A DNA stretch of 52,335 nucleotides from a virus (lineage: Duplodnaviria > Caudoviricetes), in the IMG/VR virus record IMGVR_UViG_3300020439_000007, positions 1 to 52,335 of that record. The stretch is one strand, 5' to 3'. Shown piece by piece: positions 12,801 through 22,200 of the stretch; position 1 is the first letter of the stretch; each line of letters begins with the position of its first letter. The notes beneath the pieces are model-generated. The model had not been told where the DNA came from, ran no database searches, and saw only the letters and a program-made list of their open reading frames with translations. Made by a program: the position numbers and the translations under genes.

Positions 12801-15800
12801 CAGGCATTTACCACGAGCTTCTTACCAGCATATGATAATAACTTTATTTACGATGATATTTCTGATCAATTCAATGGCATCAATACATCATTTACTCTGA
12901 AGTATAAGGGAGCAGATATTGATAATGTTACTGCAGAGAACACTATCATCTTGATTGATGATATATTCCAGGGTCCTCAAAGACTTGGTAACGTTCTTAC
13001 AAACATTGAGGGTGATTATAAGTTAGAAGCAGGTGGTGGAGCACTACAACTTGGTTTTAATGGTGAAGTTACTGACCCATCAAATCATAATGATATTAAT
13101 GTTAATAAAGTTCCTAGAGGTGGAGTTATTGTTAGTGTTCAATCAAAAGAAGGTTATGGATTCCAACCTTTAGTTGGTGCAGGCGCAACTGCTCTTGTTT
13201 CTGCAGCAGGAACAATTACTAGCATCTCAATCGGTAATACTGGATCTGGATATAGATCTGGTCTACAAACGGTATCTGTTGGTATTCAAACAGCAAGTTA
13301 TGGTTCCGCAAATATCACTGCAGTTGGTGTTGCTACTGTTGTAGATGGTCATGTTGTTGGTGTTGCGATTACTAACTCTAAGGTATTCTATGCTCCTAGA
13401 GAAATATCTAATATTGGATATAGTTCTATTACAGGTGTAACAACTGTTACAACTGCCACACCTCATAACTTACAGTTGGGAAGTGAAGTTCAGATTGTTG
13501 GTGCAGCGTTTACATGTGATTATTACCCACCAGTGGACGTTACAAACGCCCTGTATGACACTACAACTGGTATTATGACAGTTACTACTGGAGTGTCAAC
13601 ATTTACAGTAACTAACTTTACTTACGATAATACTACTGGTCTTGCGACAGTAACGACATTGGAACCAATGAAGATTGTTCCAATGACTGCAATTGGAAGA
13701 AGTTTTAGTCTTGCTGGACTGGCACTTTCTTGTGTTGGATATGGCAATACTATTGGTGTTGTTGGATTTAATTACAACAATGTTAACGGTATTGCTGAGA
13801 TTATCACAGATGCTGATCATGGACTCAGCGGTGGTGATGACTTTAAGATGAGAGAACTTATCTTTAGTTGTGACGTTGGAGGAGCAACGGGTTATGGACA
13901 GACGTTTACTATTACACAGTTCCAGTATGACAATGTTACTGGTCTGTCTACAATTACTACTTCTGATCCTATTACTGGCGTTATAGGAATCGGTAGTGAT
14001 ATTAGACTTGATAATCTTGAGTTCTCTTGCCCAGGAGGATCTGGTATCACAACTACGATCTTCCCAGATGGAACACAGGGCAATACATTCACAGTCACTA
14101 ACGTAATTGCATCTGATCAATTTGAATTAAATGTTGGTGTATCCACTATTCCTCATACCTATGTTGAGAACGATGCTGGACAAGTAACTGCAGGTCTTAC
14201 AACGACTAAGTTCCCTGATGGATCTCAAGGATACTTCTTCAGAGTTCAAGCAGTTGGTACAACAACTTCATTTACAGTTAATGTTGGACCATCTACAATC
14301 TCTCATACTTACGTCTCTGGTGGTGTTGTTCAAGTTGGTATTACAACAAATATATTCCCAGGAAATGCACAGAACTCCCCACTTGGTGATACCTTTATTG
14401 TATCTTCTGCACCAAACTGGAATCAACTAACATTTAACGCTGGAATATCTACCATTCCACACAACTATGTTAGTGGAGGATCTCTCACCTTTGGTCATAA
14501 ACTTAAGGTTGGCACTGATGTTGCACTTACTGGTTTAGCATTTACTTGCTCTTATGATGGTGGTGTTGGAATTCTTACTCACCCAAGAGTAAGTGATCCA
14601 ACATACTGTGGAACACAAGTTACTAGAATTAATAGCATTGATGAATTTGAAATCAATGTTGGTGTAAGTACTGCTGAATCTTTCTATACTTCTGGTGGTA
14701 TTGTTGAGGAGATTATTCTTGCTCCTAGACCAATTAATAACTCCCCATCAGGACAAGACCCTGCAACTAATGGCACGTCTATTGTTAAGGTAATTGATGA
14801 GTTCTCCTTCATCATAAACTCTGGTCCATCTCCATACACTCATGCATATAAGAGATGTGGAGAGGTAAGAGTTCCTCTTGATGTTGTAATTGATCAACCA
14901 TTACCATACTTCAACGTACCTCTGATTTATGCTGAAGGCAATACTGGATTTGGAACTGGAGCAACTGTTGACCTTGCTCCAAGTTTAGATAGCACAATGC
15001 TCAACTTTGAAGTTAACAACTTTGGATATGGTTATGGATCTGGAGAGAAATTAACAGTATCTATTGGTGGAACCACTGGCATTCAAACATTCGCAGCGAA
15101 GACCTCTAATGCAATCCTTCCAGTTGTTGCTGGTGGTGACTACCCACATACTTTCGTAAGTGCTGAAGAGGGAAGTGTAAATGTAACGGGCATTGGAACA
15201 ACTACTCCAACTGATGCAACATACTCTGGTTCTACTGGAGAACTGGTCTTAACTATTCCAGGTCATTCCTACACAACATCAAATACTGTTGGTATTGGAA
15301 CTAGCACCATTGCATTTACCTGCGGTAGTGATGGCAATCAATCAATTCTTTATTATCCAAAACCAACTGATCCAATTGCTGGTATTGTAACTGGAATTAC
15401 TACTACAACTGCAAATACTATTACATTATTTGTTGGTATCACAACTCTTGTTAAGTATCCTGTTACTGATGCAACATATGATCCAGACACTGGATTCTCA
15501 GTTCTTACCATTGGACCACACAACTTAACAACGGCAAATACAATCAGACTTGCAAACGAATCTCTGCTGTTCAAGTGTTCACTTGATGGTTACAGCACTA
15601 TTGAGGCATATCCAAGACCAAACAAAGATACAAATATCTATGGTAAGTCTGTAGGTATTACCTCATATACTTCTGATAGTATCACTGTATTTGCTGGACC
15701 ATCTCCTGTAGGTCTTAGATATCCACACACATTTGTTGGTGTTGGTTCTTACAGACAATTTGAATTGACCATTGATCGCGTATTCCAATCTAAGTTCTCT

Positions 15801-17672
15801 GGATGGAACGTTGGTGAATTCATTGTTCTTGATGAAGTTGAACAATTCTTCAATGGTGCTAGAAGACTATTCCCACTATCTGTTAATGGTGAGAGTATCT
15901 CGTTCTTCGCAAAAGCAAACTCTGGTATTAATCTTCAGTCCAACCTGTTGGTATTTGTCAATGACATCCTACAAACACCTGGAGAAGGTTATCAGTTCAC
16001 TGGTGGTAGCACCATCAGATTTACAGAAGCACCTAAGGGTGGTGTTGCTGGATTCACCACTGAAGGTGATAGAGCAAAGATCTTCATGTATACTGGTACA
16101 GAATCTATTGACGTTCGTACTGTAGACGTTCTTCCAACTGTTGAGGTTGGTGATGAGATTCAACTCTACAGCAACCAAGACACTACATTCATTCAAGATC
16201 CTAGACTTGTAATGGATATTAAAGCAGCAGATAAAGTTATTACTAATAACTACGCTGGTCAAGGTGTGACTTTAAATGAACTTTTTGAAAGACCTCTTTC
16301 CTGGTCTAAGCAAAAAGTAGATAAAATTATTGATAATGTTTATATTGGTAAGGATAGAGTTTATTATGAACCAGTAATCAATCCGAACACAAATATTATT
16401 AGTAATGTTGGTGTAGCAGATAGTTCAGTATATGTCTATGATGTTAGACCACTATTTGATAACCCCTTTGAGGGAATTTCTGCAAATGATAGAGCAGAGA
16501 TTGAAATTATTTCTCAAGATAGACTAGAAGGTGCAACTGCATCTGCTGTAGTTGGAACTGGTGGAACTATTGTCAATCTCTTGGTTACAAATATTGGATA
16601 TGGATATACCACTGCCCCTGAAGTGACGATTGCCAAACCATATGGTGATGGAACACAGGCAATTGGTGGTGTTACTATTGGTGCTGGAGGAACTGTAACT
16701 TCTGCAACAGTTAGTGCTGGTGGAACGAATTACTTCTATGGACCTATGTCCTCTATGACAGTATATTCTCAAGGTACAGGATTCCCACCAATTAGTGCTC
16801 CAAATAATGTATTCAAAGGAGCAAGATTGAAGAGTGAAACTGGAATTGGTGTTGGAGCGATTGCTGATATTGAGATCAGCGATCTTAACTTCTCTGTGGC
16901 ATCAATTAATGTCCTTGAAGGTGGAGCAAATTATCAAGTTGGAGATAGATTGTTTGTTGATACCTTTGATAATGTAGGTCTTGCAACAACTTCAAGAAAG
17001 TGGGCACTCGCTGCTCCAATTAAGTTCACTGTTGCTGCTATTGAACCACCATCTGTTCTCATTGCACCACCAAAGAGAGGAGTTGAAGAATCCAGATTTG
17101 TTACATACGAGGGTGATTATGGATTAGTGGTTGGTGTTGGTACTACTGCAATTGGTGCTGGAACGAGTATCGGTGTGGTCTTTGATCTATACATCCCAAT
17201 GGATTCTGATCTTAGGAGTGGAATTAATCTTACTCTACCAGGAATCACTACAGGAGACTTGTTCAATTTAACCGAAACTAACTTTGTAAGTGCTGCTCAA
17301 ACTTCTCTTAGTGCCGATGGATCTGTAATTGGCATCTCCACACTTCATGGAGATATGACTTATGAATGTATTGATTACTATACAAAACAATCCATAATTC
17401 CTGCGGGTCTGAATGGACTCGGAACCACTGTCGGATTCGGAACAACAGTAACTTCCGTTGTTGTTGCTTTACAAAGTGCTGGATCAAATAATGTGGTAGG
17501 TGTTGCTACGACAGCACTCTATGGATACTACACATGGGGTAAAGTTGGTCTTCCAGTAAGAATTGGTCCTAAAAATTGGACGGCAGATCATAATGGATTA
17601 CAAGCTGGTATTGGAACTAATCCAATATTAAGACGCAAAAATCCACTGAAATATCTTGGTTATATTTCCTAA
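3816..17672 (+). CDS. gp7: giant baseplate wedge initiator gp7-like protein (4618 aa) with many inserted repeat domains, a YHYH-like domain and a carbohydrate-binding-like domain
   Basis: Lies between gp6 and gp8. N-terminal P.YVRDQYPEFIEFL..YY and KDFYSAKG...SFEVLFKLLYG. DNDYYQYFSYSVRS...NHTAGFKKF is the gp7-type core. Confidence 0.85.
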   Translation: MQNRVQIKNLVQDQVPQYVRDQYPEFIEFLVDYYRTLEDPGGPLDIINNIDNYTALEQLAELTYKTDSTESVGYSTDIVRVTDTHGFPDKNGLIKINSELIHYRSKTPTSFNGCSRGFSGITSYYASESTPPEFEKSLVGIHSSGVDVFNLNALFLTELYRKYKRQYAPGFDDLQFFESINEKVAVARLKDFYSAKGANSSFEVLFKLLYGVDVDVIKPRDFLIQPSDADYRITRDLVVERLIGDPEELVNRTLYQDPTDKIQKAAGTITDVEKIFRDGEEYYRLSLDYNPELETFVFTVHPKTRVTNPVSIGQTYIDVDSTLSFDNEGTLVIFDNEVEYQIEYESKSSTQFFGLSSPVALSLNQNITTPDYAYATVDGDEIRVKVTGVLGDLEFKKEDSYYYQSGDQIEIVSLGTDSDDYRTKSWIINSTPEYEIAELTQVALKLNGAAQYRVRTFDPHIFTLGDIGTVTGTDGNQYDIFVIAVSDEYEFDINLTTVINTTQVKYVIRKGVSKTESISNPQLNIMSANVQNVYVDDEDTYVVASSLPDYYNTPITVEDLSVTFSGQFDGEDINIGGNAFTTGDAINYSYNNNIGLDILEGQYFVFKVNSSTIRLATSRSNIRSGIFVKVFGTVFNNKFELLRFQDKSLQPQDVIRKFSPPKPADDPEEAVTVPGNVGMFINGVEIVNYKSSDTLYYGPIKSIDVSAPGDSNYDVINPPIITIDDNVGSGNTTFGSGAEAVVNVVGSLSRINILDKGFDYVEEPKVTISGGNGNSAEAKCNVSKVIHSVSFNAGSLYDNLNLTNNTIGFSTDHRLRDLEKVLYSRQDQDSVGGLVDDNIYFVKRIDSTTIKLHNTLDDAIVGLNTVNFTSYGDGLQKIISFNKKNVISSVEIVNPGEGYTNKTLFFEEENVNIYDNKIDYPNHGYNNREIIRFNSEGTLPVGLNSTSEYYVSVVDKDSFRVAEYRPVGVGSTLPSDYNYINRRFIDFTDGGTGIHDIKYRPITVSLEAPIGITTTSGQDFFAKIEPVFTGDITSVSVKKPGNGYGDENVLNYNRQPNITLSSGSGAQLSVIVSSAGRIIGVIVNFGGSGYNSPPEIRTIGSGDGAILTPIIENGVIQEVRIIDGGFGYKQVDTVLQVVPTGSGAQFRANIASWSINYIEKIIQSEKLNPDDGIITSALSAEKGLQYVHGYAGREFRRKVLATSIDIDGNTIYRDDIENDTNSVLYHSPIIGWAYDGHPIYGPYGYADKEGGAVKRLQTSYSLQLQSNRPGTAQFPAGIFREDFVYVGDGDLDIHNGRYCKTPEFPDGVYAYFATINSTPESSGPLNGYKKPLFPYIIGDSYKSKPISYNFERLSNTLFYNVNESGWVRYTGHLGLLNNYTKYSGFLQPDDFSEGFTEIETTSPGELSRLNIVSPGDNYSLADQIFFDNRGSGGSGAYARITELGGKSVDNIQYNEFVLNNVQFTPFKQDGRYVGFGSTAHGYKDGDIVSIQNLNILSTQFSSSYPIGVTTNTLVLTNSVGDAAATGIVTFFNVSGNMSFPTLSNNDIYEVGSELVKVLNVFQNDGRIRVQRSINGTSSIHTSGAEVVEQTRKLTVNTGFSTSTEYRLDKTYYFDPRESVIISAENLLLYSDPVPSGIGTQWNYYTAGIGTGTINYYDSTAPDGTTEAAKVAFGATTGSSDAFGLQYESVGLAADDYVASVFLKGDIGGEEVYLILEDGLTYHNSKVTLTNKWQRFSFQTFTSAGQHRFKIGTFGPQGLVTNVTSTIYVWGAQVEQGVLRSTYYSTQGSALTRNQNKSGLLYISNPGLSQESIIAPRLNTFFLPDHGFKTNDLLTYNVGAGGTGVSVSIAATTFPLENDDKLYIAAYDADFIGISTMKVGVGSTGGFVGVGTEPLKLFSLSTYGGGEIHSFTTNNELTIVGDVYKKTATVTTKVAHSLSDGDQVSINVVSGIQTSIKITYDDVNRRMLVNPREFIDSAVDINRNTITIPNHGFRNGEKVIFNSSSVPVGLTNSAIYYIIKLDDDTISLSNYYYEVISSNENVEIINIQTQSFGKLSSVNPEITGVRDSTIIFDLSDQTLTANSLPAFNFFLYTDEELTDEFFFAEREQAEFDFLGDDAPETNAFSVKTSGVIGEPNAKLELIIEDSVPNNLFYNLVPIEYNGASIDKLGIINDRFNIRNSNKLSIIDSGYNLTTRITGVTSTGFNYTLRETPEREFYPDNEATLKYSTTSLTAIGPVDRVQLDSAGRGYRSLPNVSKIVSAGGTGAIFLPSSTRIGKADSVVLTDIGFDYPPDKTLRPIAQFPYTYKIEPLSKFQSIKIANPGVNYFIPPQLVVLDGFTGRVNSEVSLDYNIGDTEVTIVRNTTGLYNVTPKILPINNPNGVRIQNINFDSNTKDVVIGFAVTFNSSEDYPFRVGDKVIVENTNTDTTVSNPKGFNSADYGYTLFTLTAVDPDLTGDNPTITYNLADNLKSGEQPGNFDSFDSFGTVTPESYFPQFDIELEKDSFRAGEVIIAQDDNVGVVQSYDLRNEYLRVRSKIPFSQDDLIIGQSSQNKGLISSVDGISSKYKIGSNSITRKGWLKDTGKLNQFFQRMHDNDYYQYFSYSVRSSISFEKWNPIVSNLNHTAGFKKFSELVIDSYDPTVSGIQTAQDLNTVTAISDLTNIVDLNTVKDFDIAREKSIDVSGTLVSNEVLFNLPFLAKYQEFIGNRVLTIDDFSDQFDGVQRGFELFTDTNPIFEIEFDGSDIANIGVGEGTINVTNHYFVSGELIEYVPPGNNKANSIQIQETDFGVGIGTTTLLPSQFYVIKQDNQKVRVATSATNALLFNPIGVGLTGVGIGSTHIFRAIEPNNRLLITVNGTIQSPMVGTAVTTALSANVGIGSTVIDVVGITSVFGGDILRVNDEVMLIAASDSTNNTLTVRRGWMGSTEASHSSSDVLTKQSGNYAVVRNTLHFIEGPWGNLPVGLGTTAQDAGDADYTGLTTSSRFSGRIFLRSALNQAFTTSFLPAYDNNFIYDDISDQFNGINTSFTLKYKGADIDNVTAENTIILIDDIFQGPQRLGNVLTNIEGDYKLEAGGGALQLGFNGEVTDPSNHNDINVNKVPRGGVIVSVQSKEGYGFQPLVGAGATALVSAAGTITSISIGNTGSGYRSGLQTVSVGIQTASYGSANITAVGVATVVDGHVVGVAITNSKVFYAPREISNIGYSSITGVTTVTTATPHNLQLGSEVQIVGAAFTCDYYPPVDVTNALYDTTTGIMTVTTGVSTFTVTNFTYDNTTGLATVTTLEPMKIVPMTAIGRSFSLAGLALSCVGYGNTIGVVGFNYNNVNGIAEIITDADHGLSGGDDFKMRELIFSCDVGGATGYGQTFTITQFQYDNVTGLSTITTSDPITGVIGIGSDIRLDNLEFSCPGGSGITTTIFPDGTQGNTFTVTNVIASDQFELNVGVSTIPHTYVENDAGQVTAGLTTTKFPDGSQGYFFRVQAVGTTTSFTVNVGPSTISHTYVSGGVVQVGITTNIFPGNAQNSPLGDTFIVSSAPNWNQLTFNAGISTIPHNYVSGGSLTFGHKLKVGTDVALTGLAFTCSYDGGVGILTHPRVSDPTYCGTQVTRINSIDEFEINVGVSTAESFYTSGGIVEEIILAPRPINNSPSGQDPATNGTSIVKVIDEFSFIINSGPSPYTHAYKRCGEVRVPLDVVIDQPLPYFNVPLIYAEGNTGFGTGATVDLAPSLDSTMLNFEVNNFGYGYGSGEKLTVSIGGTTGIQTFAAKTSNAILPVVAGGDYPHTFVSAEEGSVNVTGIGTTTPTDATYSGSTGELVLTIPGHSYTTSNTVGIGTSTIAFTCGSDGNQSILYYPKPTDPIAGIVTGITTTTANTITLFVGITTLVKYPVTDATYDPDTGFSVLTIGPHNLTTANTIRLANESLLFKCSLDGYSTIEAYPRPNKDTNIYGKSVGITSYTSDSITVFAGPSPVGLRYPHTFVGVGSYRQFELTIDRVFQSKFSGWNVGEFIVLDEVEQFFNGARRLFPLSVNGESISFFAKANSGINLQSNLLVFVNDILQTPGEGYQFTGGSTIRFTEAPKGGVAGFTTEGDRAKIFMYTGTESIDVRTVDVLPTVEVGDEIQLYSNQDTTFIQDPRLVMDIKAADKVITNNYAGQGVTLNELFERPLSWSKQKVDKIIDNVYIGKDRVYYEPVINPNTNIISNVGVADSSVYVYDVRPLFDNPFEGISANDRAEIEIISQDRLEGATASAVVGTGGTIVNLLVTNIGYGYTTAPEVTIAKPYGDGTQAIGGVTIGAGGTVTSATVSAGGTNYFYGPMSSMTVYSQGTGFPPISAPNNVFKGARLKSETGIGVGAIADIEISDLNFSVASINVLEGGANYQVGDRLFVDTFDNVGLATTSRKWALAAPIKFTVAAIEPPSVLIAPPKRGVEESRFVTYEGDYGLVVGVGTTAIGAGTSIGVVFDLYIPMDSDLRSGINLTLPGITTGDLFNLTETNFVSAAQTSLSADGSVIGISTLHGDMTYECIDYYTKQSIIPAGLNGLGTTVGFGTTVTSVVVALQSAGSNNVVGVATTALYGYYTWGKVGLPVRIGPKNWTADHNGLQAGIGTNPILRRKNPLKYLGYIS
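13390..15745 (+). repeat. protein-level repeats in gp7: about 7 copies of a beta domain (YDxxTG..T.TT...H.L..G..V.L.GL.F.C / FP.G...F.V.....F.VNVG.S...HTYVSGG)
   Basis: Recurring half-motifs are visible in the translation. Five copies are nested and two are tandem. Confidence 0.75.
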
Positions 17673-17678
17673 TAAATA
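17673..17678 (+). promoter_or_regulatory. late promoter core TAAATA upstream of gp8
   Basis: AATAAATAGA immediately after the gp7 stop, 26 nt before the gp8 ATG. Confidence 0.65.
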
Positions 17679-17704
17679 GATCATAGAAAAAGTTCTTTCA
17701 ACAA

Positions 17705-19288
17705 ATGGCAGCAATTATAACTGACTTATTGAGAGTAAACAACGCTAGGAACTTTATTGAGAAAATTAGGGACGCTAATAGATCGTATTACACGTTCATT
17801 GGTCTCCCTAATGCCTCTGAAGTATCGGCGTCGTGGGATACTTCCCCACCCTCTCCAAGAGACTGTTTTGATGATGCGAATACGTATTACGATACGATGC
17901 TCGCTCTCAAGAAGATATCTGCTGATGATATTCGACCAGTTGTTAGAAAGATTGGATGGGCATCTGCAACCATCTATGACATGTATCGTCATGATGTAAA
18001 TCGTAATAATTTATCTAGACCATCAAACAAAACAAGTTTGTATGCGTCCAACTATTATGTTGTAAACAGTGAGTTCCGTGTTTATATCTGTCTTAACAAT
18101 GGTATTGACCCAGAGAACCCAAATGGCAGACCTTCTCTGGACGAACCTCTCTTTACTGACCTAGAACCAAGAGCTGCAGGTACTAGTGGTGATGGTTATA
18201 TTTGGAAGTATCTTTATACAATTAGTCCCAGTGACGTTATTAAATTTGACTCTTTGAATTTTATTCCACTCCCTGTTGATTGGGAGACTAATGCAGTATA
18301 TCAAACAGTTAGAAATAATGCAATTACTAGTGGACAGTTAAAGACTGTTACTATTACAAACAGAGGATTCCTTGTTGGACCTCCAAATATCACATACTCT
18401 AGAGTTCCCATCAGAGGAGATGGAACTGGTGCAGAGTGTACGATTGTTGTTAACAATGACTCAAAAGTAGAGTCAATTACCGTATCTAATGGTGGTAGTG
18501 GATATACTTACGGAAGTGTTGACTTAGTTGGAGGTAATGTTCCTACTGGATCAACAACACCAACTTTTGATGTTATTATTCCACCCCCAGGTGGTCACGG
18601 ATCTGACGTTTATTCGGAACTTGGGTCTACTAACGTTCTGATTTACTCCAGAATTGAGAATGATGAGCAAAATCCAGACTTTGTTACTGGAGCATCTGTT
18701 GCAAGAATTGGTATTGTAGAAAATCCAAAAGGATTCCAATCCAATACAATTTTGACTGATGATAGAGCAAGTGGTCTTTATGGATTGGTATTAAAAGGTC
18801 AAGCACCAAATCAAGATGACTTTAAAACAACTACATTTGAACCAAATACTGTTATCACCCAAACTGTAGGAACAGGTGTTACTGCTGTCGGTAGAGTTAT
18901 CTCGTATAACGCACAAACAGGTGTTTTAAGATACTGGCAAGATAGATCTCTTGTTGGATTTAATACTGATGGCACTCAGAGAAGTAATCCAGAGTATGGA
19001 TTCTCTCAAAACAATTTTACATCCACGCTTCAAACTGGAGGTTCTCTAAAGATTGTAGGTGGAAGTAAGGAATTGTTTATTGATGAAGGGTTCGGAACTG
19101 ATACCAATCCAGGTATTAGTACCGTCATAAATAATAAGACATACTACCTGGGACAGACTTATATTAAGGGTGTAGCAAGTCCAGAGGTTGAAAAATACTC
19201 TGGAACCATACTTTATGTGGACAATAGACCCTCGATTACTAGGTCAGTAAACCAAAGAGAAGATATCAAAGTTATTTTGCAATTCTAA
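17705..19288 (+). CDS. gp8: baseplate wedge subunit gp8
   Basis: MAAIITD..R..NA..F, YVVNSEFRVYICL.N, DGYIWKYLYTI, and C-terminal ILYVDNR..ITR..NQREDIKVILQF. Confidence 0.93.
   Translation: MAAIITDLLRVNNARNFIEKIRDANRSYYTFIGLPNASEVSASWDTSPPSPRDCFDDANTYYDTMLALKKISADDIRPVVRKIGWASATIYDMYRHDVNRNNLSRPSNKTSLYASNYYVVNSEFRVYICLNNGIDPENPNGRPSLDEPLFTDLEPRAAGTSGDGYIWKYLYTISPSDVIKFDSLNFIPLPVDWETNAVYQTVRNNAITSGQLKTVTITNRGFLVGPPNITYSRVPIRGDGTGAECTIVVNNDSKVESITVSNGGSGYTYGSVDLVGGNVPTGSTTPTFDVIIPPPGGHGSDVYSELGSTNVLIYSRIENDEQNPDFVTGASVARIGIVENPKGFQSNTILTDDRASGLYGLVLKGQAPNQDDFKTTTFEPNTVITQTVGTGVTAVGRVISYNAQTGVLRYWQDRSLVGFNTDGTQRSNPEYGFSQNNFTSTLQTGGSLKIVGGSKELFIDEGFGTDTNPGISTVINNKTYYLGQTYIKGVASPEVEKYSGTILYVDNRPSITRSVNQREDIKVILQF
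19128..19133 (+). promoter_or_regulatory. possible late promoter (ATAAATA) inside the 3' end of gp8, for the downstream 2550-aa gene
   Basis: CATAAATAA about 160 nt upstream of ATG 19295. Confidence 0.4.
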
Positions 19289-19294
19289 AGGATT

Positions 19295-22200
19295 ATGCCA
19301 CAAGAAACTAATCTCAACGTATCTCCTTATTTTGACGACTTTGATCCAGCGAAGAATTACTACCGAGTATTATTCAAGCCAGGTCTGCCAGTTCAAGCAA
19401 GAGAGTTAACGTCACTCCAAGCCGTTCTTCAGGATCAAGTTGAACAAATCGGAACCCACTTGTTCAAAGAGGGTTCCATTGTCATACCTGGTCAAGTTAA
19501 CTACAATAATACACTATTTGCAGTTGAAGTTGAACCAGAGTATCTTGGCATTCCTATTGAAAGTTATGCCGACGAACTAGTCAACGTCTACATTAGAGGA
19601 CAAAGCTCTAATGTACTTGCAAAAATTGTTTTTTATGAGGGAACAGCAGCATCTGAACGTGGATATTATACCTTCTTTGTAAGTTATGTTGGTGCTGGTA
19701 ATGAAGGTAAGGATACTTTTGATGATGACGAGACTCTTCTTTTAGAAGACAATCTTTCGACTCCTGTAGTAAACTTCCAGAGTGGTCAGGGATTTGCAAA
19801 TACTGCACCAATCAACTCAACATCTATTGGTTCTGCAGTATTTTTAACGGAAGGTGTATACTTTCTGCGCGGAACTTTTGTAAAGGTTCCTGGACAGACT
19901 CTTGTTCTTGACGCACACAAATCTGACCCATCCTATAGAGTTGGTCTTGAGATTTTTGAAGAGGTTATTTCTTCTGGTCAAGATAATACCCTTACTGACA
20001 ATGCGAAAGGATTTAATAACTATGCTGCACCTGGTGCGGATAGATTAAAAATTAGTGCTGTACTCTCTAAAAAACCATTAGAGTCTGATAAAAGTGAAAA
20101 CTTTGTTCAGTTGATGCTCATCAGAGATGGTAGTTTACAGCATATTCAAGATAGAACACAATATAATGAGTTAGCAGAAGAGCTGGCAAGAAGAACTTAC
20201 GATCAGTCTGGTGACTTTTATGTAAAACCATTCTCTATTCATGCTAGAGAATCTCTTGATGATCGTAAAGGTAATAATGGTATCTTTACAAAAGACCAAT
20301 TAACATACAACAATAATATTCCTAGCGATGATCTTGGTACATATAAGATCTCTCCAGGTAAAGCATTTATTCGTGGTTTTGAAGTAGATTCTGGAACAGT
20401 TCATTATCTGGATTTTGAAAAGACCAGAACTGTCAAAACATTAAAGGACCAAGCAGTTAATTATTTTACTGGTCCAACTTTAACACTGAATAGAACATTC
20501 GGTGCTCCTAGAATTGGATTCAGCACTTCTTCAACTATTAGTCTTAGAGATTCTAGAATTGGTGTCACAAGCACAACGCCTGCTGGTAAAGAGATTGGTC
20601 TTGCTCGCGTATATGACCATGCATTAGAATCTGGATCGTATTCTAGTGTAGCATCTGATATTAATGAGTGGGATATTACTCTGTATGATATTCAACCATA
20701 TACTGAGATTAGTATTAACCAGTCAACTACACTGAATGTACCTACTTATATTGAAGGTAAGTCTAGTGGTGCAACCGCACACTTACGCTTTAACACCACT
20801 ACTGGTATTGTAACCGCTTATGGAACCAAGGGTTCTTTCCTTAAAGGAGAAAAGTTAGTATTTAATGGTGTTGATGATGGAAGAATCTCAACAGCAGTTA
20901 CAGAATACAGTGTTGCTGACGTAAAGTCTCTGTATAGTAGCGTTGGTGCTGGACAGACCTTTAATAGTGATGTTAAGCAGTATGCCAAAGCAGAATTTAG
21001 TGGAATCACAATTTCTCCTAAGTCTGGATCTGCACCAGGAATCTCTACAGTAACATCTTCTGAGCAACTGTTCACTGGTGTTGTAAAAATTGGAGATCTG
21101 GTATCATTTACCAACAGTCTTCTTGGAAGTACATCGGTTAAGACTTATGCGAAAGTTGACAGTATTACTGATTCTAACAATATTATCATTTCTGGCATTA
21201 CTACAGTATCACTTATTAATGACGGCGGTCTGCCAACCTCAAGCATTACTCCCTCCGACTTTAAGGTCCTCGGTTCACGATTCCAATCTTCAACCGACAA
21301 CACTTTATACACTCCTCTGCCAAAATCGTTCGTCTCTTCAGTAGACCTTACAAAATCAACAATCTCTATTAAGAGAGAGTTTAACGTAACAATTACTGCT
21401 AACGCAACTAATACAATTCAAGCAGGAGAGAATGAGACCTTCCTCCCCTATGATGAAGAGCGTTACGTCCTTATCAATAGTCAAGGTGGATTTGAAATCT
21501 TAACTGCTGATAAATTCAGATATACAAATGGTGGAAGAGAGTTAAGAATCTTTGGTCTTGATGTTACTGGTTCTGGACGTTTAATTGCAACTTTAAGTAA
21601 GAATAATGTAACCAATAAAGTCAAAAACTCGATCAAAACAAATTCTATTATTGTCAATAAGTCTAAACTTTCTTCATCTGGTATTGGATCGACCACATTA
21701 AATGATGGACTTACTTATGGTTCTTATGGTTATGGTCTTAGAGTTCAAGACAGAGAAGTTTGTCTTCTTGAACCAGACGTAATCAAAGTTTATGGTGTAT
21801 TTGAAGCAAATGATACTGGAGCTCCAGATCTTCCATCAATTTCTCTGTTTAATCTTAACGGACCAACAGGTAAAACAGAAGACTTTGTTATTGGTGAAGA
21901 GATTGTTGGTCAAACTAGTGGCGCTATTGGTCTTTTTATTGAAAGACCAAATTCCGCTTCAGCAAGCATTGTATATCTGAACGACTTACGTTTTGAAATT
22001 GGAGAATCTGTTCTCACAGAGACTACAGGAATTACTGGTACAATTAATGACTTTGATGAGGGTGATGAAAATATTCTCAATCGCTTTACCTTAGATTCTG
22101 GTCATAGAGATACTATTGTAGATTACTCTAGACTGATTAGAAAACCTAACGCTAAAGCACCAAGAAGACAGTTAAGAGTTATTTTTGAATCTGCAGAATA

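Noticed and set aside
3816-17672. Giant size of gp7 and frequent GIGT/GVGT motifs as a novelty in itself
   Set aside because: Very large gp7-like and repeat-rich structural proteins are a known trait of T4-like cyanophages. Only the specific nested architecture is reported.
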